Assembly (NCBI GenBank): GCA_964643545.1
Contig: CAZXTE010000004.1
Coordinates: 39,869-103,868, forward strand
Source: an uncultured Candidatus Saccharibacteria bacterium
GTDB lineage: Bacteria > Patescibacteriota > Saccharimonadia > Saccharimonadales > AWTP1-31
DNA length: 64,000 bases
Direction: 5' to 3'
Shown: in pieces, positions 37,001-47,149 of the stretch
Layout: each line of letters starts with the position of its first letter
Numbering within the stretch: the first letter of the stretch is position 1
Position numbers and translations under genes: made by a program
The notes under the pieces: model-generated
What the model saw: only the letters and a program-made list of their open reading frames with translations
Told to the model about the DNA's origin: nothing
The model's database searches: none

Positions 37001-37586
37001 TAGCATGTACATGATCAAGCTTAATCACATGATTGCAGACAAGATCCATGCCCGCTCTACCGGTCCATACACCATGGTCACACAACAGCCACTCGGTGGT
37101 AAGGCACAAAATGGTGGTCAGCGCTTTGGAGAAATGGAAGTGTGGGCGCTAGAAGCATATGGTGCTGCGAACACCCTGCAAGAAATGCTTACCATTAAAT
37201 CTGATGATGTGTACGGTCGTTCAAAGGCCTATGAATCCATCATCAAGGGCACTGAAATTGTCGGGCCAAAGATTCCAGAAAGCTTCAATGTGCTTGTCAA
37301 AGAACTACAAGGCCTTAGCTTGAAGGTGGATCTAGTGAGCTCAGATAACGTTGTCGACGCCGAGAATGTGTTGGCACAAAGCATCAAAGACGCTGGTGTC
37401 CATCAGTCTGAGGTGGACGTGCCCGCACCAGAGGCATCGGAAGTAGACGTTACTGAAGACGCTGCGATTGATGAATTTGAAATTCTGGATATCGAAGACT
37501 CAGTTTCTAAGGACATTGCTGCTACAGAAACACAAGAAGAAGATCTAAGTATCGCAACAGATGTTGCAAAAGAGGAGAAACTATAA
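34029..37586 (+). CDS. rpoB: DNA-directed RNA polymerase beta subunit, with acidic C-terminal tail
   Basis: 1185 aa. Conserved beta blocks (GTFVINGAERVVVSQL, NRRVKLVGEL, MPWGGYNFEDAI, GRHGNKGV, PESFNVLVKELQ). About 85 extra D/E-rich residues at the end. Confidence 0.97.
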   Translation: MAKGSTPARKERTYFTNKKEDIVLPDLISHQNTSWQWLVEEGLGELFHEVSPIDDYTGTKLSLNFKHYHFDQPKVTEAEARENNVSYDAPLKAVVELINKVTGEVKEQEIYLGDYPWMTSRGTFVINGAERVVVSQLIRSAGVFFTADAGATKNNYGAKVIPGRGAWLEFETAANGALYVKIDRKRKIAVTTLLKALGMSEAQIREAFAHVDQGKTNYVTATLDKDPSKGVNEALIEVYRRLRPGDLATVDNARNLIENMFYNFKRFDFSRVGRYKINKRLDLDIPNTTENRVMRLEDLIAIIAEIIRLNNTQEPADDIDSLANRRVKLVGELVQRQFRIGLLRMERNTKDRMSMSEIETVTPAQLINARPIVAAVREFFASSQLSQFMDQINPLSELAHKRRLSSMGPGGLSRERAGFEVRDAHATHYGRICAVETPEGANIGLVLNLASYARINEYGFVETPYRKVINALPASKIAGAIASADLEDESGKVIVKANQVVTEAAAKKLAAIKGQATWPVKARVTNDLVYLDAAAEDNAVIASASELLDQDGYFVNERASVRNRLIAGEVDTNVVTHVDASRRQIIGSSAALIPFIEKNYVYRSLMGSNQQRQAVPLIRPSAPVVGTGMESAVARNSGQVILAQDAGEVTSASADKVVVQYKGGSVTYEPQHFVRSNEGTSINQKVVVTTGDKVKKGDVLIEGMSIDGGELALGKDLLVAFMPWGGYNFEDAIIISRKLVEDDTLTSIHIVDYMTEVRETKLGPEIVTRDIPNVSEEALRHLDEDGIVRIGAEVHPGDILVGKITPKGEQELSSEERLLRAIFGEKAKEVRDTSQRMSNGKHGKVVGVKIFSRENGHELKAGVIMQIQIFVAQMRKIAVGDKLGGRHGNKGVIARILPVEDMPFTADGTPVDIVLNPLGVPSRMNVGQLFETHLGMAARALGMTVASPSFDGVETKKIQELLKEAGLPEDGKQQLFDGRTGESFKERTTVGSMYMIKLNHMIADKIHARSTGPYTMVTQQPLGGKAQNGGQRFGEMEVWALEAYGAANTLQEMLTIKSDDVYGRSKAYESIIKGTEIVGPKIPESFNVLVKELQGLSLKVDLVSSDNVVDAENVLAQSIKDAGVHQSEVDVPAPEASEVDVTEDAAIDEFEILDIEDSVSKDIAATETQEEDLSIATDVAKEEKL

Positions 37587-40500
37587 TGCGACGATATTCA
37601 ACCGGAACCGATATTGCCGACTTTGATGCTGTCCGGCTTGCAGTCGCAAGTGCGCAGGACATTCTCGACTGGTCATATGGCGAAGTAACAAAGCCAGAAA
37701 CAATAAACTATCGCACGCAAAAACCTGAGCGTGACGGATTGTTCTGTGAACGCATCTTTGGTCCTGTAAAAGATATTAGCCCTCACGACGCAAAATATAA
37801 AGGCGTTCGTTCCCGCGAAGCTGCAGTAGATAAGAACGGCGAAGTTGTTACTAAATCTATCGTTCGTCGTGAACGAATGGGACACATCAACTTAGCATCG
37901 CCAGTTGCTCATATTTGGTTCTTGCGCGGTACACCATCCGCAATCGGGCTTGTGCTCGGCATGACCGTCAAAAATCTTGAGCGCGTTGCATATTTTGCAA
38001 GTTACATTATCAAATCAGTAGATACAGAAAAGCGAAATCAACTGTTGGCTGATAAAGAAGCAGAATTTAACGCAGCCAAAGAGGCGATCAAGATTCGCTA
38101 TGAGGAACAGGCTAAAGCTGAAGACGCCAATGTCAAAGCGCTTGCCGAAATGCAAACTAAAGAGCTTGAAGATGTTACTGTCGAGTATGAACAGATAAAA
38201 CAACAACTAGATAATCTCGTCTACCTACAGTTGATTAACGAGACCGACTATCGTAACCTGCCCGACTCGCTCCGTGAACTGATTAAAGTTGGCATGGGCG
38301 GGCAAGCTCTCAAAGACCTTCTTGACAATGTCGACCTGGCTGACCTCATAGAAGTACTCACCAAAGAAGCAGATGAGGCCAAGGGTCAGCGCAAGAAGAA
38401 GCTAATGAAACGACTTCGCTTGCTTGAAAGTATGCACCGTGCTGGTATTACACCAGCAAGTCTTTGTGTTACTGTTCTCCCCGTTATTCCTCCAGATCTT
38501 CGTCCTATGGTACAGCTCACGGGTGGTCGTTTTGCTACGAGTGATCTAAACGACCTCTATCGTCGAGTGATTAACCGTAATAATCGACTGAAGAAACTCA
38601 TCGACTTAAATGCACCAGAAGTAATCCGACGCAATGAACAGCGCATGCTACAAGAAGCTGTCGATGCATTAATTGACAATAATAACGCCCGAAGTGGCCG
38701 GGCGGTTGCCGCAACAGGTCAGCGCCGCCGACTGAAAAGCCTTAGCGACATGCTTAAGGGGAAGCAGGGTCGTTTCCGCCAGAACTTACTTGGAAAACGT
38801 GTTGATTATTCAGGTCGTTCCGTTATTGTTGCCGGTCCTGAATTGCACATCAATCAATGTGGTCTACCTAAAATGATGGCATTAGAGCTATTTAAACCGT
38901 TTGTGATTGGTTATCTTATTACAAACGAGTTTGCACATAACATTCGATCGGCAACACGCATGATCGAGGCTGGTGAGATACCAGTTTGGGACGCTCTGGA
39001 CGAAGTAATCAAGGGTAAGTACGTGCTTCTTAACCGTGCACCTAGTCTTCACCGTTTGAGTATCCAGGCATTCCAACCAGTGCTCATCGAAGGTAAGGCT
39101 ATTCAGCTCCACCCACTTGTCTGTAAGGGCTTTAACGCTGACTTCGATGGCGACCAGATGGCGGTACACTTGCCACTGAGTGATGCTGCTCAAAAAGAAG
39201 CACACGAGATCATGGCAGCTAACAAGAACCTCCTCAAACCCGCCGATGGCTCACCAATATTGCATATCGAACAAGATATTGTGCTTGGGTGTTACTACTT
39301 AACCTACGAGCGTCCTGGGTTGGCACAAAAGCGAACATACTCGTTCTCCAGCATTGACGAAGCAATCATGGCGCGTGATGCCAATACGATCGTATTACAG
39401 TCAAAAATCAATATCATATTTCGTGGCGAACGTCGCGAGACGACATTGGGACGGGCTCTGTTTAACGAGTTGTTTCCGGACGACTTTACATACCAAGACC
39501 AGCCAATGACCAAGAAGCGTCTGGCGGCAGTCATGTCACAGGTATATGCCAAATATGGTCAAGCAAAAACCGCTGAAATTGCAGATAAACTCAAGGATCT
39601 AGGTTTTGAGTATGCAACATACTCGGGCTTGTCTATGGGTATGGATGACTTTAGTGAAATCCCAAACCTAGAAGCGCTGTTGAACAAGGGTGAGGACAAA
39701 GCGAGTGAGATTAGCAATCAATACGAAGAAGGCTTTATCACAAATGATGAGCGTTATCGTTTGACTATTGAGACATGGCAGGATGTTGTCTCTGAAGTGC
39801 AGAGTGTCTTAAGTGAACAATTCGTTAATGAAGACAGTGCTATGTCTATTGCAGTTGTATCTGGTGCGCGAGGAAATATCGGCCAGGTTATGACCGCTGT
39901 TGGTATGCTTGGTATTACAACCGATGCAACCGGGCGCCCAATTGAGCTGCCTATTCGTTCTAACTACAAATATGGTCTTAATCCTTTGGAATACTTTACT
40001 GCAACACGTGGTGCTCGTAAGGGTATGATCGACACCGCTCTTAAGACAGCTGACTCAGGCTACCTTACACGGCGTTTGGTTGATGTAAGCCAAGACGTAT
40101 TCACTGTTGATGAGGACTGTGAAGATCCTGGATTTGCTATTCATCGAGCCGATGCGGCAGAGATTGGCGTGAGCTATGCATCTCGACTTCGGGGTCGTTT
40201 TGTAGCAAACGAAGTTAAGGGCATCATAAAGAAGCATCAACTCATAACTCCAGAAATTGCTGACAAGATTGATGCTACGGCAGACCTAGACGGTGTGAAG
40301 ATCCTAAGCGCGCTAAGTTGTAGCAGCGTCCGTGGTGTTTCGCGAAAGTCGTATGGTCTCGACCCTGCAACTGGTGAATTGGTTGCTTCACATCATCCAG
40401 TTGGTGTCATCGCAGCACAAAGTATCGGCGAACCAGGTACACAGCTTACGCTAAAAACATTTCACTCTGGTGGTGTCGCAGGTGAAGATATTACGACTGG

Positions 40501-41392
40501 TCTCCCCCGTGTCGAGGAGCTCTTCGAGGTCCGTACACCAAAGGGCCAAGCGTTCCTTGCTGATATTGAAGGTGTTGTGAGCACATGGGAAGAGGGTGAG
40601 CGTTATATTGTGCAGATCAATGCAGATGAAGATGCAAAAGTTGAGCTACCATTGCAAGCACGAACACCGCAAATTGCCGGTGGTACAGACGTCGCTATTG
40701 GTGATGTTGTAGCGAGCGCCGAGGGTGGTGCGGAACCACTCATCGCCCCAATTGCGGGTAAAGCTGAACTGACCAAGAAGGCTATCATCATTACTCCTGC
40801 TAAGAAGGGTGCCGTGAAGTACGAAATCCCGGGCTATAAACAAGTCGTAGTAAAAGATGGTGATAAAGTTATCCCAGGTCAACGACTGACAAATGGTTCG
40901 ATCAATCTTCATGAGCTCATGCGCTTGAAGGGTGTTGAGGCAACCCAGCGCTACATCATGAACGAAGTGCTTCGTATTTTTGCTAGCCAAGGTCAAAACA
41001 TTGCCGATAAGCACTTAGAAATCATCATCAGGCAAATGTTTAGTCGAGTTCAAATCGAAGAAGCTGGTGATACTGAATTTGTTATCGGTGACACGGTGAG
41101 TAAACTATCTGTCATAGAAACAAATGAGCGACTTGTCGCAGAGGGCAAGAATCCTGCTAAATACATCCAACTGCTCCTTGGCATCACAAAAGCATCATTG
41201 TCTACGGATTCATTCCTTAGTGCTGCCAGTTTCCAGGACACAACGCGTGTACTTATTAGTGCAGCAACGAGTGGGAAAGTTGACCATTTGTACGGTCTTA
41301 AAGAAAACGTTATCCTTGGTCGAAGGATACCGGTTGGTACGGGTGCATTGCCCCTCCATGAAGAAGTTGATCAGATTGACGATCAAGAATAA
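37586..41392 (+). CDS. rpoC: DNA-directed RNA polymerase beta' subunit
   Basis: 1268 aa. The active site reads [12 protein letters not shown]. Bridge-helix and trigger-loop regions are present. TAATG overlap with rpoB. Confidence 0.97.
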   Translation: MRRYSTGTDIADFDAVRLAVASAQDILDWSYGEVTKPETINYRTQKPERDGLFCERIFGPVKDISPHDAKYKGVRSREAAVDKNGEVVTKSIVRRERMGHINLASPVAHIWFLRGTPSAIGLVLGMTVKNLERVAYFASYIIKSVDTEKRNQLLADKEAEFNAAKEAIKIRYEEQAKAEDANVKALAEMQTKELEDVTVEYEQIKQQLDNLVYLQLINETDYRNLPDSLRELIKVGMGGQALKDLLDNVDLADLIEVLTKEADEAKGQRKKKLMKRLRLLESMHRAGITPASLCVTVLPVIPPDLRPMVQLTGGRFATSDLNDLYRRVINRNNRLKKLIDLNAPEVIRRNEQRMLQEAVDALIDNNNARSGRAVAATGQRRRLKSLSDMLKGKQGRFRQNLLGKRVDYSGRSVIVAGPELHINQCGLPKMMALELFKPFVIGYLITNEFAHNIRSATRMIEAGEIPVWDALDEVIKGKYVLLNRAPSLHRLSIQAFQPVLIEGKAIQLHPLVCKGFNADFDGDQMAVHLPLSDAAQKEAHEIMAANKNLLKPADGSPILHIEQDIVLGCYYLTYERPGLAQKRTYSFSSIDEAIMARDANTIVLQSKINIIFRGERRETTLGRALFNELFPDDFTYQDQPMTKKRLAAVMSQVYAKYGQAKTAEIADKLKDLGFEYATYSGLSMGMDDFSEIPNLEALLNKGEDKASEISNQYEEGFITNDERYRLTIETWQDVVSEVQSVLSEQFVNEDSAMSIAVVSGARGNIGQVMTAVGMLGITTDATGRPIELPIRSNYKYGLNPLEYFTATRGARKGMIDTALKTADSGYLTRRLVDVSQDVFTVDEDCEDPGFAIHRADAAEIGVSYASRLRGRFVANEVKGIIKKHQLITPEIADKIDATADLDGVKILSALSCSSVRGVSRKSYGLDPATGELVASHHPVGVIAAQSIGEPGTQLTLKTFHSGGVAGEDITTGLPRVEELFEVRTPKGQAFLADIEGVVSTWEEGERYIVQINADEDAKVELPLQARTPQIAGGTDVAIGDVVASAEGGAEPLIAPIAGKAELTKKAIIITPAKKGAVKYEIPGYKQVVVKDGDKVIPGQRLTNGSINLHELMRLKGVEATQRYIMNEVLRIFASQGQNIADKHLEIIIRQMFSRVQIEEAGDTEFVIGDTVSKLSVIETNERLVAEGKNPAKYIQLLLGITKASLSTDSFLSAASFQDTTRVLISAATSGKVDHLYGLKENVILGRRIPVGTGALPLHEEVDQIDDQE

Positions 41393-41413
41393 ACCTGTTA
41401 GAGTAAAGAGTCT

Positions 41414-41827
41414 ATGCCAACTATAAATCAATTAGTCCGCAAACCCCGCAGCAAAGCGACAAGCAAAAGTAAGTCGCCAGCCATGCAGCGTGTGGTTAAC
41501 AACCTAAAAACGAGAAATTATGATAAGCATGCACCATTCAAACGAGGTGTGTGTGTAAAGGTGACTACCAAGACGCCAAAAAAGCCAAACTCAGCGCTTC
41601 GTAAGGTAGCACGTGTGCGCCTCTCGAATGGATACGAAGTTTGGGCATATATTGGCGGCGAAGGCCATAACCTTCAGGAACATGCCGTTGTGCTCGTTCG
41701 TGGTGGCCGAGTACCTGATTTACCTGGTGTCCGATATCATATCGTTCGTGGGAGCCTTGACCTTCAGGGTGTACAAAACCGCAAACGTGGTCGCAGTAAG
41801 TACGGTACCAAGAAGGAGAGCAAATAA
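41414..41827 (+). CDS. rpsL: 30S ribosomal protein S12
   Basis: MPTINQL...KRGVC...[19 protein letters not shown]. It contains an apparent insertion of about 12 aa ([15 protein letters not shown]) after SPAM. Confidence 0.95.
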   Translation: MPTINQLVRKPRSKATSKSKSPAMQRVVNNLKTRNYDKHAPFKRGVCVKVTTKTPKKPNSALRKVARVRLSNGYEVWAYIGGEGHNLQEHAVVLVRGGRVPDLPGVRYHIVRGSLDLQGVQNRKRGRSKYGTKKESK

Positions 41828-42306
41828 TGCCACGTAAAGTCACTAAATCATTAGTCCGCCCTATCGAACCAGACCGTATCTATAACAGTGTTATGGTGCA
41901 AAAAGTCATCAATCGAGTTATGCTGGACGGTAAAAAGCAGCTTGCAGAACGATTGGTGTACGGCGCAATGCAAAAGGCCGCAGATAAGCTAAAGATAAAG
42001 AACCCTCTAGAAGTATTTGATCAAGCCATTAAGAATGTTCAGCCACACACAGAGACTCGTTCTCGTCGTGTTGGTGGCGCAAACTACCAGATTCCCTTTG
42101 AGGTTAAAGGGCAACGCCAAACGCACCTTACCATCATGTGGCTTGTTGCGGCGGCCCGAGCGCGCAAAGGCATGAGTATGGAAGATCGTTTAGCGCTAGA
42201 ACTAGTGGACGCATACAATGCTGCCGGTTCTGCCGTTAAGAAAAAAGAAGATACGCACAAGATGGCCGAGGCCAACCGTGCCTTCGCTCACTTCGCTCGG
42301 TTCTAG
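41827..42306 (+). CDS. rpsG: 30S ribosomal protein S7
   Basis: 159 aa, S7 core (GKKQLAERLVYGA...RRVGGANYQIP). Start overlaps the rpsL stop. Confidence 0.95.
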   Translation: MPRKVTKSLVRPIEPDRIYNSVMVQKVINRVMLDGKKQLAERLVYGAMQKAADKLKIKNPLEVFDQAIKNVQPHTETRSRRVGGANYQIPFEVKGQRQTHLTIMWLVAAARARKGMSMEDRLALELVDAYNAAGSAVKKKEDTHKMAEANRAFAHFARF

Positions 42307-42341
42307 TAGACATAAACAGACAACATTAAGCAAGGAACGCG

Positions 42342-44429
42342 ATGGCAGCAAAGAAGTATACATTAGATAAAATTCGAAACATTGGCATTATTGCGCATAT
42401 TGACGCAGGGAAGACAACTACAACCGAGGGAATTCTCTACAGAACTGGTCTCAAGCACAAAATCGGGGCTGTTCACGAAGGAGAGACTACAACAGACTGG
42501 ATGGCTCAAGAGCGAGAGCGTGGCATCACCATCGTGTCTGCTGCGGTTACTTGCTATTGGAAGGACCGACAAATTAACATTATTGATACACCAGGTCACA
42601 TCGACTTTACTGTGGAGGTAGAGCGAAGTCTACGCGTTCTGGATGGTGCTGTCGTTGTCTTTGACGGCAAAATGGGTGTTGAGAGTCAGTCCGAAACTGT
42701 ATGGCGTCAGGCGACTAAGTATGGCGTACCGCGCATCTGTTTCATTAACAAGATTAACCAAACTGGTGGTGATTTCTACAAATCTCTGGAGTCGATTCAT
42801 AATCGACTTAGCAAGCATGCGTTCCCAATTCATCTGCCGATTGGTTTTGAACAGTCAATCAATGGCATTGTCGACCTTGTGTCGATGAAAGCCTACACCT
42901 ATAAAGACTTCACTGACCATGAATTGATAGAAGGCGATATCCCTGAAGATATGGCCGATCAAGTGAAGAAAGCACGAAGCCTGCTCATAGAGAATGCCGT
43001 TGCCGAAGATGAAGCCATGCTTGAAAAATATTTCGAAGTTGGCGAAGAAGGTCTTAGCGAAGATGATATTAAGCAGGCCATCCGCACAGCAGTCTTGTCA
43101 GGTAACTTCTTTGCTGTTACCGGTGGCGATGGTCGCGGTGTGATAGTAGAAAAAGTGTTGGACCTCGTTGTTGACTTGCTGCCAAGCCCATTAGATCGTG
43201 GCGGGACATGGGGAACGCATCCAAAAACTGGTGACGAAGTAGAGCGAAAACCCTCTGAAGATCAACCATTCTCTGGTTTGGCTTTCAAGATTGCCACGGA
43301 TCCTTTTGTTGGAAAACTCGCATACTTTCGTGTTTACTCGGGTACCCTGAAAGGTGGTAGCTATATCCTTAACAGCTCTACAGGAGAGAAAGAGCGAGTA
43401 GGTCGTATTGTCCGCATGCAGGCTGATAAGCGTGAAGATGTTGACGAAGTTGGAGCTGGTGATATTGCGGCTATCGTTGGGCTAAAAGGCACAACAACCG
43501 GGAACACATTGTGCGACACTACAAATCCTATCGTGTTAGAGTCTATAACCTTCCCCGAACCACCGGTTTCTATTGCTATTGAACCAAAAACCAAAGCCGA
43601 CCAAGAAAAAATGAGCCTCGCGCTGCAGCGGCTTGCAGAAGAAGACCCTACATTCAGAATTCGCGTAGACGATGAAACTGGTCAGACGATTATTAGCGGT
43701 ATGGGTGAACTCCACCTCGAAATTCTGGTGGATCGTATGAAACGAGAGTTCAATGTAGAAGCTAATATTGGCCAACCGCAGGTAGCTTATCGAGAGACAA
43801 TCAGAAAAGATGCTGTTGAGGTACAAGGTAAATTTATTCGTCAGTCCGGTGGGCGTGGTCAATATGGCGATGTGTGGTTGCGTCTTAGCCAGAACGAGGC
43901 TGGAAAAGGCTTTGAATTCATTAATTCAATTAAGGGCGGTGTAGTTCCTGGCGAGTACATTAAGCCTGTAGAACAAGGTATTGTCGAGGCGATGAGCAAC
44001 GGTGTCCTCGCGGGTTATCCCGTCGTAGACATTAAAGCCGAATTATATGATGGTAGTTACCACGAAGTTGACTCAAGTGAAATGGCCTTTAAAATAGCCG
44101 GCTCAATGGCTTTACAGGAAGGCGTCAAGAAAGCTTCACCCGTATTGCTTGAGCCAGTTATGAAAGTTGTTGTTGTTACTCCGGAAGAATTTATGGGTGA
44201 TGTTATCGGAGACCTTAATAGTAAGCGAGGTCGCATTGAATCAATGGAAGACCTGAGTGCTGGCATTAAGGAGATTACTGCATTTGTGCCCCTTGGTGAA
44301 ATGTTTGGCTATACAACCAACTTACGTAGCAATACCCAGGGTCGTGCGAGCAGCAGTATGGAACTAGACCACTATGCAGATGTTCCAAACCACGTCGCTG
44401 AAGCAATTATTGCAAAGAACGCTAAATAA
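42342..44429 (+). CDS. fusA: Elongation factor G
   Basis: 695 aa. GTPase motifs [22 protein letters not shown]. Domains II-V collinear. Confidence 0.97.
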   Translation: MAAKKYTLDKIRNIGIIAHIDAGKTTTTEGILYRTGLKHKIGAVHEGETTTDWMAQERERGITIVSAAVTCYWKDRQINIIDTPGHIDFTVEVERSLRVLDGAVVVFDGKMGVESQSETVWRQATKYGVPRICFINKINQTGGDFYKSLESIHNRLSKHAFPIHLPIGFEQSINGIVDLVSMKAYTYKDFTDHELIEGDIPEDMADQVKKARSLLIENAVAEDEAMLEKYFEVGEEGLSEDDIKQAIRTAVLSGNFFAVTGGDGRGVIVEKVLDLVVDLLPSPLDRGGTWGTHPKTGDEVERKPSEDQPFSGLAFKIATDPFVGKLAYFRVYSGTLKGGSYILNSSTGEKERVGRIVRMQADKREDVDEVGAGDIAAIVGLKGTTTGNTLCDTTNPIVLESITFPEPPVSIAIEPKTKADQEKMSLALQRLAEEDPTFRIRVDDETGQTIISGMGELHLEILVDRMKREFNVEANIGQPQVAYRETIRKDAVEVQGKFIRQSGGRGQYGDVWLRLSQNEAGKGFEFINSIKGGVVPGEYIKPVEQGIVEAMSNGVLAGYPVVDIKAELYDGSYHEVDSSEMAFKIAGSMALQEGVKKASPVLLEPVMKVVVVTPEEFMGDVIGDLNSKRGRIESMEDLSAGIKEITAFVPLGEMFGYTTNLRSNTQGRASSSMELDHYADVPNHVAEAIIAKNAK

Positions 44430-44444
44430 TTTCAGACCAAACAC

Positions 44445-44473
44445 TTTACAAACCCCTGTTTATTGCCTATAAT
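44445..44473 (+). promoter_or_regulatory. Putative internal promoter for tuf (TTTACA-N17-TATAAT)
   Basis: TTTACA 44445-44450, exact 17-nt spacer, TATAAT 44468-44473, in the 109-nt fusA-tuf spacer. AGAGGAG SD follows. Confidence 0.6.
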
Positions 44474-44538
44474 TTACAGGTAACTCGCATGAGTTTAATA
44501 TGCTTATGCAAAAATTAATTAAGAGGAGACATAATTAA

Positions 44539-45720
44539 ATGGCAGATTTTGATCGAAGCAAGCCACACGTAAACGTTGGTACTATGGGTCACGTTGACCA
44601 TGGTAAGACAACGCTAACAGCAGCAATCACTGCTGTATTGGCAAAAAAGCTTCCGAGCGATGTAAACAAGAAAATTAACTACGACGAGATTGACAACGCC
44701 CCAGAAGAAAAGGCTCGTGGTATAACCATCGCTACATCTCACCAAGAGTATGAGAGCGAAAAACGACACTACGCACACGTCGACATGCCAGGACACGCCG
44801 ACTACGTCAAGAACATGATTACCGGTGCAGCTCAGATCGATGGTGCAATTTTGGTTGTTGGTGCAAACGACGGTCCGTTGCCACAGACACGTGAACACGT
44901 GCTATTGGCTCGACAAGTTGGTGTACCTAAGATCGTTGTCTTCATGAACAAAATGGACATTGCTGATGCAGAGCTTGTAGAGCTTGTAGAGATGGACATT
45001 CGTGAGCTGCTCGCTAAGAACGGCTACGACGAAGATGCACCTATCATCAAGGGTTCTGCAACAAAAGCACTAGAGGGCGACGCTGCTAATGAAGATGCAA
45101 TCATGGAGCTTGTTAAGGCACTCGATGATTATATCGAAGAGCCAAAGCGAGAACTCGACAAGCCATTCCTTATGCCTATTGAAGACGTGTTTAGCATTAA
45201 GGGTCGTGGTACTGTTGCAACTGGACGCGTTGAACAGGGTGTCGTAAAAGTAAACGAAGAAGTCGAAATCGTCGGTATTCGTGATACTCGCAAGAGTGTA
45301 GTGACTGGTGTTGAAATGTTCAAAAAGAACCTAGATCAAGGCCAGGCTGGCGATAACGTCGGTATTCTTTTACGAGGTATCGAGCGTGATGATATTGAAC
45401 GAGGCCAAGTTCTTTGCAAACCAGGTTCTATCACACCACACACTGAGTTTGACGCAGAAGTTTATATTCTCACCAAGGAAGAGGGTGGTCGTCACACACC
45501 ATTCTTTAAGGGCTACAAGCCACAGTTTTACTTCCGAACCACGGACGTAACAGGTGAAGTTGAACTTCCTGCCGACAAGGAAATGGTTATGCCTGGTGAC
45601 ACAATCACCTTTAAGGTAAAACTATTGGCACCGATTGCAATGGAACAAGGTTTGCGCTTTGCTATCCGCGAAGGTGGCCGCACTGTTGGTGCTGGTGTTG
45701 TTACTAAAATCAACAAGTAA
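44539..45720 (+). CDS. tuf: Elongation factor Tu
   Basis: 393 aa; [23 protein letters not shown](T)K motifs. Confidence 0.98.
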   Translation: MADFDRSKPHVNVGTMGHVDHGKTTLTAAITAVLAKKLPSDVNKKINYDEIDNAPEEKARGITIATSHQEYESEKRHYAHVDMPGHADYVKNMITGAAQIDGAILVVGANDGPLPQTREHVLLARQVGVPKIVVFMNKMDIADAELVELVEMDIRELLAKNGYDEDAPIIKGSATKALEGDAANEDAIMELVKALDDYIEEPKRELDKPFLMPIEDVFSIKGRGTVATGRVEQGVVKVNEEVEIVGIRDTRKSVVTGVEMFKKNLDQGQAGDNVGILLRGIERDDIERGQVLCKPGSITPHTEFDAEVYILTKEEGGRHTPFFKGYKPQFYFRTTDVTGEVELPADKEMVMPGDTITFKVKLLAPIAMEQGLRFAIREGGRTVGAGVVTKINK

Positions 45721-45748
45721 TCTAACCTAGATTACCGAGAAGCCGTAA

Positions 45749-45776
45749 AAGAGCGACCAAAACAGTCGCTCTTTTT
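45749..45776 (+). terminator. Rho-independent terminator after tuf
   Basis: AAGAGCGAC-caaaaca-GTCGCTCTT followed by a T-run. It is the first clear terminator after rpoB. Confidence 0.8.
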
Positions 45777-45822
45777 ATTGGACCAGGGTTGGTGTAATGT
45801 ATTCCCAAAGAGGAGTTAAGCA

Positions 45823-46128
45823 ATGAGTTTAGAGATCAGTGTTAAACAAGACTATATTGTCACAGTTGGTGAGAGATTTGACTGTAGCTGCTCAGAACAA
45901 GTTTGGAGGTTGACACCTGAGCTCGGTGGAATTGTGATGACGTCAGAAGTTGATGATCATACGACTGTTGATATCGCTGCTGCGCATAAGCTGTTGCAAG
46001 AACCATATGTCGGCATGGGTGGGTCTGTCGGACCCGGGCCAAAAGAAATTCTCATCTGGCCTCTAGGGACGTGGCAAGAAGTCCAGGCGGACTATCGCAT
46101 GCCTGGTTCAGGCCAAGATGTGGCATAG
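45823..46128 (+). CDS. Hypothetical acidic 101-aa protein inserted between tuf and rpsJ
   Basis: GAGGAG SD 8 nt upstream. Composition resembles neighbouring genes. No confident family assignment. There is a faint ordered resemblance to chagasin-type (I42) inhibitors (VGE..., GMGG, YRMP), but the NPTTG motif is absent. Confidence 0.5.
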   Translation: MSLEISVKQDYIVTVGERFDCSCSEQVWRLTPELGGIVMTSEVDDHTTVDIAAAHKLLQEPYVGMGGSVGPGPKEILIWPLGTWQEVQADYRMPGSGQDVA

Positions 46129-46155
46129 AGTGGCAGTATAGAATCGCTGATATGG

Positions 46156-46184
46156 TTGAACGGTTGTGTTATTTGTTATAAAAT
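46156..46184 (+). promoter_or_regulatory. Putative rpsJ promoter (TTGAAC-N17-TAAAAT)
   Basis: TTGAAC 46156-46161, 17-nt spacer, TAAAAT 46179-46184. A leader of about 95 nt with imperfect hairpins precedes the AAGGAG SD. Confidence 0.5.
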
Positions 46185-46280
46185 ATCCTACGTAAACTAA
46201 TCGTGATGACTAAAAGTCGTTAGTAAGGCTCTCTATAGCCAGCTAAAGATGTTACATCGCAAGAAAGAAGGAGCCAACAA

Positions 46281-46622
46281 ATGGCAGAAGTAAAAAAAGA
46301 GCCTGCGACAGCGAGCACTAAACAGCGTATTCGTATTCGCCTGAAGGCATACGATCATAAAGTAATTGATCAGTCAGCAAAGCAGATTGTAGATACCGCT
46401 TTACGAACTGGTGCAACCATTGCAGGGCCAATACCGCTACCAACAAAACGAACGGTATTTACGGTCATTAAGAGCCCACATGTGTACAAAAAAGGCCGTG
46501 AGCAATTCGAAATGCGCGTTCACAAGCGCCTTATTGACGTTCTAGATCCAACCCCAAAGACAATTGATTCACTTATGAACATTAGTCTCCCAGCAGGTTG
46601 TGACGCTGAAATAAAGATGTAG
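46281..46622 (+). CDS. rpsJ: 30S ribosomal protein S10
   Basis: 113 aa. [22 protein letters not shown]...GPIPLPT...[13 protein letters not shown]. Confidence 0.96.
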   Translation: MAEVKKEPATASTKQRIRIRLKAYDHKVIDQSAKQIVDTALRTGATIAGPIPLPTKRTVFTVIKSPHVYKKGREQFEMRVHKRLIDVLDPTPKTIDSLMNISLPAGCDAEIKM

Positions 46623-46687
46623 TACGCAGGAGACTACGTTGGTACATTGCAAAATAAAGCATAAGTATATAAGCTAGCTATATTCGT

Positions 46688-46957
46688 ATGAAAAAAACAA
46701 AATCAAAAAATAGACCACAAATGGATACCACCTATATTCTTAAACTTACGCTATTCTTGATTGTAGGATCACAATGGCTGTATCTTGTTAATGCTAACTC
46801 CAATACACAAATCCCTGTACCAGTAGGGCTAGTCGTCGGTCTTGTATTTGCCTCACACGACCATTTTCAGATTGATCGTAAAATAGAATATGCGCTTCTT
46901 TTGCTAGCTATGTTTGTTGGGTTTTGGTTGCCGATGGGCGTCATTGTTAGATATTAG
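46688..46957 (+). CDS. Hypothetical small membrane protein (89 aa, about 3 hydrophobic segments) inserted between rpsJ and rplC
   Basis: Lys-rich N-terminus followed by hydrophobic stretches (ILKLTLFLIVG, VPVGLVVGLVFA, ALLLLAMFVGFWLPMGVIV). Visibly more AT-rich than its neighbours. No clear SD. Confidence 0.4.
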   Translation: MKKTKSKNRPQMDTTYILKLTLFLIVGSQWLYLVNANSNTQIPVPVGLVVGLVFASHDHFQIDRKIEYALLLLAMFVGFWLPMGVIVRY

Positions 46958-46992
46958 CCGGCTATAAAACATAACGTAGAATACACAACGGA

Positions 46993-47022
46993 TTGACAGA
47001 TATGGGTATCTTCTGGTAATCT
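46993..47022 (+). promoter_or_regulatory. Putative rplC-operon promoter (TTGACA-N18-TAATCT with TGn)
   Basis: TTGACA 46993-46998, TG 47014-47015, TAATCT 47017-47022. It is followed by a leader of about 120 nt with local stems (GGTAT...ATACC, CCAAGCGT...ACGCTTTGG). Confidence 0.45.
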
Positions 47023-47149
47023 GTTATGGTATCTCAATTTATGTCCTTGGATCGTTAGAAGGTTCATCATCCATTAACAGAGGTGAATACCACTAGCACC
47101 AAGCGTTTTAGTTTCTTACGCTTTGGACAAAATCATACAAAAGGAAAGC

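Noticed and set aside
46141-47010. Possible duplicated promoter module (TAGAAT...GATATGG) in the spacers upstream of rpsJ and rplC
   Set aside because: The similarity is limited to two short words with different spacing. That is too weak to claim a repeat without an alignment computation.
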